Source: a virus | Virus record (IMG/VR): IMGVR_UViG_3300032050_009888 | Location: 1-64,000 of that record | DNA: 64,000 nt | Reading direction: 5' to 3' (one strand) | In this document: piece by piece, positions 1 through 9,451 of the stretch | How the letters are laid out: each line of letters opens with the position of its first letter | Numbering within the stretch: the first letter of the stretch is position 1 | Position numbers and translations under genes: made by a program | The notes under the pieces: generated by a model | The model's input: only the letters and a program-made list of their open reading frames with translations | What the model was told of the DNA's origin: nothing | The model's database searches: none

Positions 1-2
1 AG

Positions 3-122
3 GAATATAAGATGGAAGATACATTGGAAGCTTATAAAAAATTTTATATATTAGATAAAGTAGGTGTAAAAGGATTAGATTGGAAAAAATTAAATAATAA
101 ACCCGAATGGATAAAAAAATAG
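3..122 (+). CDS. 3' end of a pyrimidine-dimer DNA glycosylase-like protein (partial)
   Basis: Manual translation EYKMEDTLEAYKKFYILDK...W...KPEWIKK* resembles the C-terminus of phage Pyr_excise/DenV-like proteins. Overlaps the next ATG. Confidence 0.5.
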   Translation, partial: EYKMEDTLEAYKKFYILDKVGVKGLDWKKLNNKPEWIKK

Positions 123-625
123 TAATTGTAGGTGCTGGCGTAGCAGGTATTAATGCTGCTACTAAATTAGTGGATAATGGTTATCCTGGAGAATTAATTA
201 CAATTATAGATAAAGGTAATGATCCTCATAATCGTTTACCTGAGGAAGTAATGACAGGTATGCTCGGCGCTGGTGGCTGGAGTGATGGTAAATTAACTTA
301 CCACACAGCAATTGGAGGTGTATTATCAAAATACTGTGGTGAGGATAAAGCAATGGAATTAATGGATCAAGTTATATCTAACTTTAGACGTTTCCATCCT
401 AAACCAGAAGAAATATTTTGTTCTGATCCACAAGAAGAACCTGATTTTATTAAACCATATTTTGGATTACGTTTATTCCCAGTATGGCATATTGGTTCAA
501 ATTACCTACATGAAATTGCTAAAGCATGGTATCAATATTTAGTTGATAAAGGTGTGAACTTTATGTGGGAAACAGAGGTAACAAATATAGATTTTGAGAC
601 TGGAGAAGCAATATTAAAAGATTAA
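107..625 (+). CDS. FAD-dependent oxidoreductase (COG2509-like), N-terminal half of a split gene
   Basis: Rossmann motif IVIVGAGVAG, GAGGWSDGKL and HIGS motifs. Stops just after WETEVTNIDF. Confidence 0.85.
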   Translation: MDKKIVIVGAGVAGINAATKLVDNGYPGELITIIDKGNDPHNRLPEEVMTGMLGAGGWSDGKLTYHTAIGGVLSKYCGEDKAMELMDQVISNFRRFHPKPEEIFCSDPQEEPDFIKPYFGLRLFPVWHIGSNYLHEIAKAWYQYLVDKGVNFMWETEVTNIDFETGEAILKD

Positions 626-633
626 TATTTATA
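625..633 (+). promoter_or_regulatory. ATATTTATA putative late promoter (first of about 24 intergenic copies)
   Basis: Overlaps the stop of the oxidoreductase N-half. The same motif precedes most structural genes (full list under findings). Confidence 0.65.
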
Positions 634-647
634 TCAAAACATAGATT

Positions 648-1028
648 ATGATAAAATTAATAGATCTATTAAATGAATCCCAATACTCTCAATTAGAATT
701 AACATCAATGGGTAAGTTACTTCTTAATTATCTTAATTCTGATGTTGAATCTGATAAACCTGAAAATTATCATTTATCTTCAAGAGATGAACAAATACTA
801 ATGGATATGGGGATGTATATTGATGGGTTATATGGAGATAATAAATTTTCTAACCTAGATATATTTGCTTTAGATATAGCATCTGGAGAATATCAAGATC
901 CACAGTTTGGGAAAAATGAAATTATCAAAAAAATTAATAGAGCTATTCAAAAAGGATGGGTAAAAATAGTACCATATAAGGGTAATCCTTTTAAAAATAG
1001 TGATTATAATGACAATGATGAATATTAA
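648..1028 (+). CDS. Hypothetical protein with MIKLIDLLNE leader (possible capsid-internal protein)
   Basis: ORF directly after an ATATTTATA motif, with an N-terminal LxE leader. Confidence 0.6.
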   Translation: MIKLIDLLNESQYSQLELTSMGKLLLNYLNSDVESDKPENYHLSSRDEQILMDMGMYIDGLYGDNKFSNLDIFALDIASGEYQDPQFGKNEIIKKINRAIQKGWVKIVPYKGNPFKNSDYNDNDEY

Positions 1029-1047
1029 TTTAAAAAAAAATAATGTT

Positions 1048-1293
1048 ATGAAAAGATTACACATAAAACTAATCAAATGGATATCCAATAAACTTGGATA
1101 TAAAATTGCAATACTCAAAGCAGCGAACGGAACAACTATAATTGAAGGTGATAAAGAATTATTACGCTATGTAGATATAACTGGTTACTTCTTTAAGAAA
1201 GAACCACTTAAAAGAACATTTCCTAAATTTGTAGAGCCTGAACCAATCAAACCATTAACCCCAGAACAGTTAAAAGAATTAGGTATTTCTTAG
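1048..1293 (+). CDS. Hypothetical protein
   Basis: Track ORF 1000..1293. ATG 1048 (context ATGTTATG) avoids the overlap and resembles the common AAGTTATG start. Confidence 0.55.
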   Translation: MKRLHIKLIKWISNKLGYKIAILKAANGTTIIEGDKELLRYVDITGYFFKKEPLKRTFPKFVEPEPIKPLTPEQLKELGIS

Positions 1294-1325
1294 ATTTTTT
1301 CTTAGATCTATAATATTTATAATCG

Positions 1326-1469
1326 ATGGGACGTATCAAAAAATACCAAACAGAAGATGAACGTATTCTCAAACAACGAGAATATAGTAAGAAATATTAC
1401 TGGTCTAATAAAGAAAAAATCGATGAAAAACTTAAACAAAAATATCACGAAAAGAAAACAAAACAATAA
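1326..1469 (+). CDS. Small basic protein, 47 aa (MGRIKKYQTEDERILKQREYSKKYYWSNKEKIDEKLKQKYHEKKTKQ), absent from the ORF track
   Basis: ATG 4 nt after ATATTTATA (1313-1321). Open frame to TAA 1467-1469. Confidence 0.6.
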   Translation: MGRIKKYQTEDERILKQREYSKKYYWSNKEKIDEKLKQKYHEKKTKQ

Positions 1470-2142
1470 TTTTATAGTTTATATTCATATACGACATGAT
1501 ATAAATGAACCGTTTTATGTTGGGAAAGGAATACCCAAACGAGATAGATCAAAATATGGTAGAAATCAATATTGGCATAATATAGTAAATAAAAATAATG
1601 GTGTATTTGAATCTAAAATATTATTTGAAGGATTAAGTGAAGAAGAAGCATTATTAAAAGAAAGAGAAATAGAATTGGATTTAAAAAATAAAGGTTATAT
1701 ATTAGCTAATATAGCTGAATGTGGTGTTAAAGCTGGTACTACTGGAATGAAACACTCTGAAGAATCTAAAAGAAAAATATCTGAAGGATTAAAAGGTCAT
1801 GTATCACCTAATAAAGGTAAAAAGCAATCTAAAGAGACATGTGACAAGAAGAGTAAGTCTATGTTAGGTAAAAAAGTTAGATTAGGTGTAAAAGATTCTG
1901 ATGAAACTAGAAAAAAGAAAAGTGAAGCTTTTAAAGGAAGAATATATAGTGAAGAAAGTAAACAAAAGAAAAATGAAAAATTAAAAGATAAAAACCTTTA
2001 TGTCTTTTATAATTTATTAAATGATGAAAAGTTTAAAGGAACTAGGAGAGAATTTCAAGATAAATTTAATTTGAACAGTGGAAGGTTAAGCCATTTAATA
2101 AATAATAAAATTTCTAAATATAAAAATTGGATAAAAATATGA
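1423..2142 (+). mobile_element. Free-standing GIY-YIG-like homing endonuclease with NUMOD3 repeats
   Basis: VYIH...FYVGKG...R...E...N nuclease motifs, then repeats GMKHSEESKRKISE, GKKQSKETCDKKS, GVKDSDETRKKKSE and a C-terminal HTH-like domain. Start 1423 or 1357. Confidence 0.85.
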
Positions 2143-2936
2143 GAAAAATTAAATTTGATACATGCATAGTAGGTACAGGTAAAGCAGGAATAGACTTCTC
2201 AGCTAAATTAGCTCAAAAGTACAATTTACCTACCGAAGTCAAGTCGACCCAGATTGGAGTGAGATTTGAAAGCCCACAAAAATACTTCCAAAAATTAATT
2301 GATATTAGCTATGATTTTAAACTATATCAAAAATATGATAACGTGTCGTTAAGATCATTTTGTACTAATAATAACGCGGCTTACGTTGCAGTAGAAGAAA
2401 CATATGGTGATATTACTTATAATGGTCATGCTAAGAAAGGTAAGGAATTTGAAAATCAAATGACCAATTTTGGTATATTAATGGAAATTAAGGGTATTGA
2501 AGATCCATTTGAATGGAGTAGAGATGTAGTACAAAAATGCCAAGCGGGATTAACTAACACAGATAATCCAATTGATTTCAAAACAACAGGAATATATTAC
2601 TCTCCATCTAGAACCCCAGGATTAACATCTGAAGGAACTATAGTATCATCAATATCAGTTCCAAATTTAGATACGTTTAAAGAAGCATTTGGTGAGTATG
2701 CTAGTTATATACTTGATTTCATTGACCAAATGAATAAAGTGTTTAAGTTTGGTGATGATTATGGAATTTATATTCCTGAGGTAAAATATTTAAGTCCTGA
2801 ACCATTAGTAAATTATAATGATTTATCATTAACTACATATTCTAATGTACACTTTGTAGGAGATGCTTTAAGTGCTCGTGGTATTACTGTTAGTGGAGCA
2901 CAAGGTATATATGTTGCTGAGTCATTACTTTCCTAA
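2139..2936 (+). CDS. FAD-dependent oxidoreductase (COG2509-like), C-terminal half of a split gene
   Basis: Motifs IVGTGKAG, IGVRFE, RSFCTN, NGHA, TNFGIL, PEVKY, FVGDALSARGITVSGAQG. ATG 2139 overlaps the endonuclease TGA (ATGA). Confidence 0.85.
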   Translation: MRKIKFDTCIVGTGKAGIDFSAKLAQKYNLPTEVKSTQIGVRFESPQKYFQKLIDISYDFKLYQKYDNVSLRSFCTNNNAAYVAVEETYGDITYNGHAKKGKEFENQMTNFGILMEIKGIEDPFEWSRDVVQKCQAGLTNTDNPIDFKTTGIYYSPSRTPGLTSEGTIVSSISVPNLDTFKEAFGEYASYILDFIDQMNKVFKFGDDYGIYIPEVKYLSPEPLVNYNDLSLTTYSNVHFVGDALSARGITVSGAQGIYVAESLLS

Positions 2937-2947
2937 TATTTATAAGT

Positions 2948-3469
2948 ATGGCTTCACTCCGTATTCTTATTAAAGAATTAATTGAAGATTTTATACTCCA
3001 AGAAATTGGGGAAGCCAATATTGAGCCTTTTCAATACTCAAAATTATCAGACGTTAAGTATTCTTTTGATTTTGATTATAAAGAAGGACATTTTAATGTT
3101 GAAGTTGATTTTGAAAAATTAGATGATATCTATAAGTCATATTATTTTTCTAAAGTACCTAATTTTAAAAATAAAATATTTTATAATATAGCTTTTAGTG
3201 TTAATGGAGATCAATATAAAGCTTCATCAACAGACCTAAAAACATTATTAAGAATAATGACCACTTTATCTATTATTATTAAAGATTTTATCTCAAATAT
3301 AGATCCTGATGGATTATATATTGAAGCGACAGACAAAGGAGATGACTTAATAAGAGGTAAATATCAAAAATCAGCTACATACCAAGCATATTTAGATAAA
3401 CAATTAGAAAAATTAACAAATTATAAAGTATATACTAATAGGAATGGGTTAAACATCGCGAAAGTATAA
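2948..3469 (+). CDS. Hypothetical protein with LxE-type leader
   Basis: ORF after ATATTTATA (2936-2944). Leader LRILIKELIEDFILQE. Confidence 0.65.
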   Translation: MASLRILIKELIEDFILQEIGEANIEPFQYSKLSDVKYSFDFDYKEGHFNVEVDFEKLDDIYKSYYFSKVPNFKNKIFYNIAFSVNGDQYKASSTDLKTLLRIMTTLSIIIKDFISNIDPDGLYIEATDKGDDLIRGKYQKSATYQAYLDKQLEKLTNYKVYTNRNGLNIAKV

Positions 3470-3506
3470 ATTTTTATAATATTTATAACTAAATATCAAC
3501 TTATAC

Positions 3507-4094
3507 ATGGGAAATTTAGTTCAATTTATTAGATCAATGGTTCAAGAGGAACTATCTGAAATGGCAGCTCCTTCATTTTCAATCAAAGTGCTTGATCAAG
3601 ATAAAGCAGAAAGACTTAAAAAATTACACTCAGGCCATTGGGTAGGCAAGTTAATGGACTTAATTATTAAGTCTGGTGAAAATGGTATTACTCGTGGTGA
3701 AGCAGCTAATGCTTTAGACATCAATCCTATGAAACTTAATGATGAGATTAAAGCTCTTCAAGACAGTGGTATTGTATCTAGAGGTAGATTAACACCAGAT
3801 AAACCAGAAAAAACACCAGGCCAACGTGGTAGAAAATCTAGTGATAAAAGTAGAGCAGGTGTTGTTAGAACTTTATTTCAGAACTTTAAAGACAATCCTG
3901 ATTTCACTCCAAGTGAAGATGATGTAACCTATGATATACCTAAAGGTTTAGGAACTGAAAAATTAGGCGATGCTGATGTTGCTAAGATTAAGAGTTCTGC
4001 TTTAGGATTAACTAAACGTGGAAGACCAAAAGTTACACAAGCTGAATCATTACATGAAATGTATTTACGTTTACAAGGTAAACTAAATGGCTAA
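3507..4094 (+). CDS. Winged-HTH / AT-hook DNA-binding protein
   Basis: GITRGEAANALDINPMKLNDEIKALQDSGIV HTH-like segment, plus GQRGRK and KRGRPK AT-hook-like motifs. Confidence 0.55.
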   Translation: MGNLVQFIRSMVQEELSEMAAPSFSIKVLDQDKAERLKKLHSGHWVGKLMDLIIKSGENGITRGEAANALDINPMKLNDEIKALQDSGIVSRGRLTPDKPEKTPGQRGRKSSDKSRAGVVRTLFQNFKDNPDFTPSEDDVTYDIPKGLGTEKLGDADVAKIKSSALGLTKRGRPKVTQAESLHEMYLRLQGKLNG

Positions 4095-4563
4095 AATTGT
4101 AATTTTAAGCTGTACAAAGTCTAAAACAGACCATAGGGCTCCAGCACAGGAGCTCTACTCAGCTTCTCCTATGTTTAGAAAAACATTAGAATACGGTAAA
4201 TCACTTGAACCGGACAAAATGTTTATTTTATCTGCTAAACACCATTTAGTTCCTTTAAATAAAGAATTAGATCCTTATGATAAGACTCTTAAGGAAATAC
4301 CTAAAGATGAGAAGGAAAAATGGGGAGAAGAAACAATGAAACAGATGAAATCTGCTGGTCTTGATCTTAATAAAGATAAATTTATATTTTTAACAGGTGG
4401 TGAATATTTAAAACCTTTTAGAAATTATATAGCTAATTTGGAAACTCCAATGGAGGGTCGTAGATTAGGTGAGCGACTTAAATGGTTAAATAGCCAAATA
4501 AGTAAGCTTAATGAAATGTTTAAACGTGTTAAAAAAATTATCCATGAGTGCTTATCTAAATAA
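4087..4563 (+). CDS. DUF6884-like protein
   Basis: IVILSCTKSK...APAQELY.S..F...ILSAKH.L...YD.TL pattern. Confidence 0.6.
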   Translation: MAKIVILSCTKSKTDHRAPAQELYSASPMFRKTLEYGKSLEPDKMFILSAKHHLVPLNKELDPYDKTLKEIPKDEKEKWGEETMKQMKSAGLDLNKDKFIFLTGGEYLKPFRNYIANLETPMEGRRLGERLKWLNSQISKLNEMFKRVKKIIHECLSK

Positions 4564-4774
4564 TTTAATAGACCTATATCTAAATGATATAGCTGATTTT
4601 GATGATAATAACTTACTAATAGCAGAATCAGTTTTAAAACCAGTTAAACAGCTTCTTACGGAAGGTAAACAAGATGAAGATAAAATATTATTAGAAGCAT
4701 TCCGTAAAAGTACCCCAGAACAAAAAATTATTTTAGAAGACTTTTTACTTTATGTAAGAGAAGGAGAGTTCTAA
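4544..4774 (+). CDS. Hypothetical protein
   Basis: Track ORF 4511..4774. Likely start ATG 4544. Confidence 0.55.
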   Translation: MSAYLNNLIDLYLNDIADFDDNNLLIAESVLKPVKQLLTEGKQDEDKILLEAFRKSTPEQKIILEDFLLYVREGEF

Positions 4775-4775
4775 A

Positions 4776-5108
4776 ATGTCTACTATTAGAACACCTTTTC
4801 AATGGGGAAATGCTAATTTTGCCTATAATACAAACCCATTTCCTAATCAAAGTAAAAATCCATTTACTTGGGATGATGTAGCGTTAATTATAACAGTTCT
4901 TGAAGGATTAGGTGGAGGTGGTTCTCCTGAGGATCAATTTAAGGATAAGAAAAAACGTAAACAATTCATAACTTTAATAATGAAATGCGAGGCTATGGAT
5001 AAAGAATACAAGGAAACCAAAGAAGTCGTGGATCGTCAAATACGTATAACAGACATAGCCTTAGTGGCTAAAGAAGTATTAGGTATTAATATTAAAATAG
5101 ATTTATAA
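4776..5108 (+). CDS. Hypothetical protein
   Basis: Tightly packed ORF. Confidence 0.65.
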   Translation: MSTIRTPFQWGNANFAYNTNPFPNQSKNPFTWDDVALIITVLEGLGGGGSPEDQFKDKKKRKQFITLIMKCEAMDKEYKETKEVVDRQIRITDIALVAKEVLGINIKIDL

Positions 5109-5674
5109 TGTATACATTATTTACTGATAAAACTGAGCTTTTTGAATGTAATATTAAATTAGAAGGAGCATCACTTAAAAACAGTCAAGCTCGTCTAATT
5201 ATCGAATCAGAAGACATCAATCTTTTATTTAAAGGACAAATTACTACAGATGGTAAATGTATTATACCAATTAAAAAATTAAAAGGTCTATTAGAAGGCA
5301 GCACAAAAGGTGAAATAAAACTTGAAGTTATAGCAGATGATACGTATTTTACACCTTGGAAATCAGAATTTATAGTTGAAGCATCTAAAAAATTAACTGT
5401 TGAAGTTAAATCTCAAGATGCAGATCTTATAACTGAAAGTGCTCCTAAAGTTCAAGTTAGTGGAATTAAAGAAACAATTGATCCTATAACAGAACATATA
5501 GTTAAATTAGTTAAATTATTGATTAAAGAAGATGTTAACTTAAATAATTTAAGCATTAAAAAAGACAAAGTAAATAATATTATAGCAACTTATATTAAAG
5601 ATAATCCTATTCAAGAAACACAATTATCCGAAGTTATAGATGGAATAATCAGCAAGTTGCCTAAAACAAAATAA
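5108..5674 (+). CDS. Hypothetical protein (Ig-like N-domain, possibly virion)
   Basis: TAATG-coupled ORF with a beta-rich N-terminal half. Confidence 0.6.
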   Translation: MYTLFTDKTELFECNIKLEGASLKNSQARLIIESEDINLLFKGQITTDGKCIIPIKKLKGLLEGSTKGEIKLEVIADDTYFTPWKSEFIVEASKKLTVEVKSQDADLITESAPKVQVSGIKETIDPITEHIVKLVKLLIKEDVNLNNLSIKKDKVNNIIATYIKDNPIQETQLSEVIDGIISKLPKTK

Positions 5675-5680
5675 TAAGTT

Positions 5681-6271
5681 ATGGCAGGACCGTTTGATTT
5701 AACAGGTCAAAATATAGAGAATACCTATCAAAGGATTCTACAAACGCCTGATGGAACTAATTTTTACGACGGTACCGGCTCAGCAGTAACTTTCACAGCT
5801 ACAGCAGTAGCGGGAGGACAAAACTCTCAAATTCAATTTAATAGTGGAAGTACATTAAGTGGCTCATCTAACTTTTCTTTTGATTATACTAACAATAGGT
5901 TAATTTTAACTGGGAGTCTTTATGTTACTAATAGCATATATTTAGGTAATTCATCCGCTCCTTCTCTTAATACTACTATATATACTGCCTCTATAACACC
6001 AGGTAGTTATATTTTATATTCATTTCCTACTTCTTCATATGATGGTTTTTGGTTTGAATACACAGTTAGATCAGGTTCAAATGCAAGAGCAGGACAAATG
6101 ATGGGCATTTGGAGTGGAAGTGACGTACATTACACAGAAACAACAACAACAGATTTTGGTACTACAACTGATATATCTTTTATGTCTACAGTTTTAGCAG
6201 GTAATATGATAATATCAAGTTCAATAACAACAGGTGGATGGACAATAAAAGGTATTATAAGATCTATATAA
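5681..6271 (+). CDS. Virion fibre/decoration protein
   Basis: S/T/G-rich. Shares the GGxNxQIQFNS module and the NARAG C-domain with 30068..30772. Confidence 0.6.
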   Translation: MAGPFDLTGQNIENTYQRILQTPDGTNFYDGTGSAVTFTATAVAGGQNSQIQFNSGSTLSGSSNFSFDYTNNRLILTGSLYVTNSIYLGNSSAPSLNTTIYTASITPGSYILYSFPTSSYDGFWFEYTVRSGSNARAGQMMGIWSGSDVHYTETTTTDFGTTTDISFMSTVLAGNMIISSSITTGGWTIKGIIRSI

Positions 6272-6315
6272 TTTAACATATTTATAATTAACCTGGACAG
6301 TGAAAGGTAAACAAT

Positions 6316-9174
6316 ATGGCTAATGAATTTGTAATAAAAAATGGGTATATTTCTAAAGGAAATTCCCAATTAAGTGGCTCTTTAGATGTTAGTGGAAGCA
6401 TTTCAGCTTCATTAGGAGCAAACACAGTAGGATTTTATGGAACATCATCTTGGGCTGTATCCGCATCCTGGGCCCCAGGAGCAACACCTACAACTCCAGG
6501 TGGTTTAAACACTCAAATCCAATTTAATAGCGCAAGTGTATTTAGTGGTAGTTCAAATTTAACATTTGATTATAGTAATAATACATTAAAGTTAACTGGT
6601 AGTTTAGTCACAACTGGTTCAAATACATTTATTGGTACTCAAATAATAAGTGGCTCAATTAACTTTGGAGACGGCAGTAAAATTCAATCAATATCAGCTA
6701 GTTCAGGTGATGGTGGAGGATACACAACATTAACATTAAAACCAGATACAAGCATATTATCTGACCAATATATAGTATTAGATCCAACATCACCTAACCA
6801 TATCCATATTCGTGCTGGCGGTGTGATAGATTCATCAAGTGCTTATTTATATTTAGGTGGTGAAAAAGCAAATGTAGTTGTACAAAATTTAGATGGTTCT
6901 TTTAATGAAAAATATTGGGTTCAAATAAATGCCCAAACAGGTTCAACCCAATATACTTGGACCTTTGATGACGATGGGACTCTATTAGTCCCAGGTGATA
7001 TAACAGGAGCCGGAAACTTAGCAACGACTGGTTCAAATACATTTATTGGTACTCAAATTATAACAGGAAGTTTACTAACAACCGGCTCAAACATATTCAT
7101 TGGTACACAAACTGTAACCGGTAGTTTATTTACAACTGGTTCTAATACTTTAGTAGGTAACACAATATTATCTGGTACCCTACAGATACAAGGTGAATAC
7201 CCACCAGAAGCAGGTTCTGCATCAGTTTCTATTGTTGGTAATGTAGATTTAAATGGCTTTTTAAGATTTGACCCAGTAACATCAAACATTGACACAACAA
7301 TATCTGCCTCATACATCTATGTATCGGGTTCAACAAATGACTTATATTTTTCACAAAATGGTGTAGGATATACTAACACAACACGTTTACGCTGGATAGA
7401 AGGTAATTTATATACTGGTTTATTACATGGTGGTTTAATTACAACACAGTCATCTACAATATACCAAGTAGGTAGTGGTAGTGGTATTATTGTAGACCTT
7501 AATGCATCAATTGGTGATGATCCATATCCTACAATACAATTTTTAGAATGGAATAATTTAACCAATACTATTGATGCTTTAAGTGGATCATTTGATCAAC
7601 AGTTTGTAGCAATATCCTCCTCAGCAGGTACAGCAGTAATTAAAGCACAAGGAACACCATATGTTGATGGTGATTATAATGATTTTATTCCAATTGGTAT
7701 TGTACTTCATCAAAACAGATCTACAATAAATGGTGTTCAAACTTTCCCTGGTGTAGCATATGGATGGAAGCAAAGATCTTTTGATTTTATTAAAGCATTT
7801 GGAGCATTAAAAATTTCAGGATATGCTTTAACACCAAGTGGATCTTCAACAGGAAGTTTAGTATTAAGTGGTGGCACATCTTGGGTAGATGGTAGAAATT
7901 ATGTAGTTGATCCTAACCAACCAAGCTATATTGTAGAAGCAACAGGTATAACTACTTCTAAAATATTTAGATACTACCAATCAGGATCTAATTGGCAATC
8001 AAATTGGGGTTACAATACAAATGGAGGAGCTGGTTATGCTACAATAGATCCATCCCAATATTCAAACGCGGGTACATTAACACCTGTAGGTTCTAATAAA
8101 TGGACTATACAAAGAGTATATTATTTTCCTAATAGTGCAACAAAGGCATTATTTGTTTATTATGGAAATGCTGAATACGCCAATGAAGCAGATGCATTAG
8201 CAGCAGTAACTACTGAACCATTTACCGAAGCTCCTAATACAGCCGCCAGCTCCATTTATGTTGGTTATATGATATTAAGAAATGATGCTAATTTTACAGT
8301 ACCCGCGTCATATGAATTTTATCAAGCAGGGTTATTTAGAGGGTCCGGTACTGGTGGTGCTGGTGGAGGTGGAGCATCTACATTAGCAGGATTAACAGAC
8401 GTATCCATCTCAACCCCAGCAAATGGTGATTTGTTAATATATAATGGAGGAACAAATCTTTGGAATAACACAAAAACATTATCAGGAAGTTATACATTAT
8501 CTGGTTCATTAACAACAGATGATGGAGTATCAGTTATTAATTTAACAGCATCTTTTGTAAGTGCCTCTTCTATCACAGGTTCATTATTCGGTACAGCTAG
8601 TTACGCTTACACCGCTTCTTATTTAGATGGAGATAGTATTGTTATTAATAATAATGCTAATAATTCTATACTCACAGCCACAGGTAATGCTGATACATTA
8701 GATGCTGAATCCAATTTACAATTTGACGGATCAATTTTAACATTAACCGGAAATCAAATTACAGTTGGAAATCAATCTATAACAGGTTCACTACTAGTAT
8801 CAGGATCTTCAACATTTACAAACATAGGCCCAGCTGTATTTAGTGGTAGTGTTAATGTAACTAATGGTATAACAGGAAGTCTTTTTGGTACAGCTAGTTA
8901 TGCTTATACTGCCTCCTATGTTAATGGGATGATTACAAAAAATAACGCTGTAGCTGGTGGAACTTTTGCTGGTAATCCTAAAAAAGCAACAGTTACATTT
9001 GCCACACCATTCCCAAATGCTAGTTATAGTGTGACTGTAACTGGTGAAGAAGCAAGATCATGGATTATTGAATCTAAAGTATCGGGTAGTTTTATTATAA
9101 ATTCTAATAGTAATACTGCTTTAGCAAATAGTGTTTATTGGCAAGCTATTAGTTATGGAGAATTTAATCAATAA
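6316..9174 (+). CDS. Long modular fibre protein
   Basis: TTGSNTFIGTQ repeats, TGSLFGTASYA modules, C-terminal VTFATPF H-type-lectin-like domain. Confidence 0.7.
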   Translation: MANEFVIKNGYISKGNSQLSGSLDVSGSISASLGANTVGFYGTSSWAVSASWAPGATPTTPGGLNTQIQFNSASVFSGSSNLTFDYSNNTLKLTGSLVTTGSNTFIGTQIISGSINFGDGSKIQSISASSGDGGGYTTLTLKPDTSILSDQYIVLDPTSPNHIHIRAGGVIDSSSAYLYLGGEKANVVVQNLDGSFNEKYWVQINAQTGSTQYTWTFDDDGTLLVPGDITGAGNLATTGSNTFIGTQIITGSLLTTGSNIFIGTQTVTGSLFTTGSNTLVGNTILSGTLQIQGEYPPEAGSASVSIVGNVDLNGFLRFDPVTSNIDTTISASYIYVSGSTNDLYFSQNGVGYTNTTRLRWIEGNLYTGLLHGGLITTQSSTIYQVGSGSGIIVDLNASIGDDPYPTIQFLEWNNLTNTIDALSGSFDQQFVAISSSAGTAVIKAQGTPYVDGDYNDFIPIGIVLHQNRSTINGVQTFPGVAYGWKQRSFDFIKAFGALKISGYALTPSGSSTGSLVLSGGTSWVDGRNYVVDPNQPSYIVEATGITTSKIFRYYQSGSNWQSNWGYNTNGGAGYATIDPSQYSNAGTLTPVGSNKWTIQRVYYFPNSATKALFVYYGNAEYANEADALAAVTTEPFTEAPNTAASSIYVGYMILRNDANFTVPASYEFYQAGLFRGSGTGGAGGGGASTLAGLTDVSISTPANGDLLIYNGGTNLWNNTKTLSGSYTLSGSLTTDDGVSVINLTASFVSASSITGSLFGTASYAYTASYLDGDSIVINNNANNSILTATGNADTLDAESNLQFDGSILTLTGNQITVGNQSITGSLLVSGSSTFTNIGPAVFSGSVNVTNGITGSLFGTASYAYTASYVNGMITKNNAVAGGTFAGNPKKATVTFATPFPNASYSVTVTGEEARSWIIESKVSGSFIINSNSNTALANSVYWQAISYGEFNQ
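6613..7058 (+). repeat. 32-bp identical intragenic direct repeat (6613-6644 and 7027-7058)
   Basis: ACTGGTTCAAATACATTTATTGGTACTCAAAT occurs twice. Confidence 0.85.
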
Positions 9175-9179
9175 AAAAG

Positions 9180-9211
9180 CTTGGCTTTTATGACTTTTTA
9201 AGTTATATTAA
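9180..9211 (+). promoter_or_regulatory. Bacteroidota-type -33/-7 promoter
   Basis: CTTG-N20-TATATTAA. Confidence 0.65.
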
Positions 9212-9222
9212 AAATAAAAGTT

Positions 9223-9450
9223 ATGGAATTAAATAAAATTAAAAGGTATAAGTCACCTGATGGTACCGTCCGTTATGTTAGTGACAATAAATTACATAAT
9301 CCTGAAGGTCCTGCTCTAATTCATCCTGATGGAAAAGAAGAGTATTATTTATTTGGTATTTTTTATACTAAAGATGACTTTAAAAAAGTTAAAAAAGATG
9401 GTACTGGTTTACCTTGGTATAAAACAGGAGCAGCTAAAATGAGACATTGA
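9223..9450 (+). CDS. Small LHxxxGPA-repeat (MORN-like) protein
   Basis: KLHNPEGPALIHPDGKEEYYLFG. Confidence 0.6.
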   Translation: MELNKIKRYKSPDGTVRYVSDNKLHNPEGPALIHPDGKEEYYLFGIFYTKDDFKKVKKDGTGLPWYKTGAAKMRH

Positions 9451-9451
9451 T

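Noticed and set aside
626-2138. Group I intron or intein interrupting the oxidoreductase
   Set aside because: The insert is nearly all coding and has internal promoter motifs. No P7-like core or intein Cys/His-Asn ends were seen, and the C-half has its own coupled ATG. An Infernal search would settle it.
600-2160. T4 gene 60-style ribosomal bypass
   Set aside because: A 1.5-kb gap is far too long, and no take-off hairpin is present.
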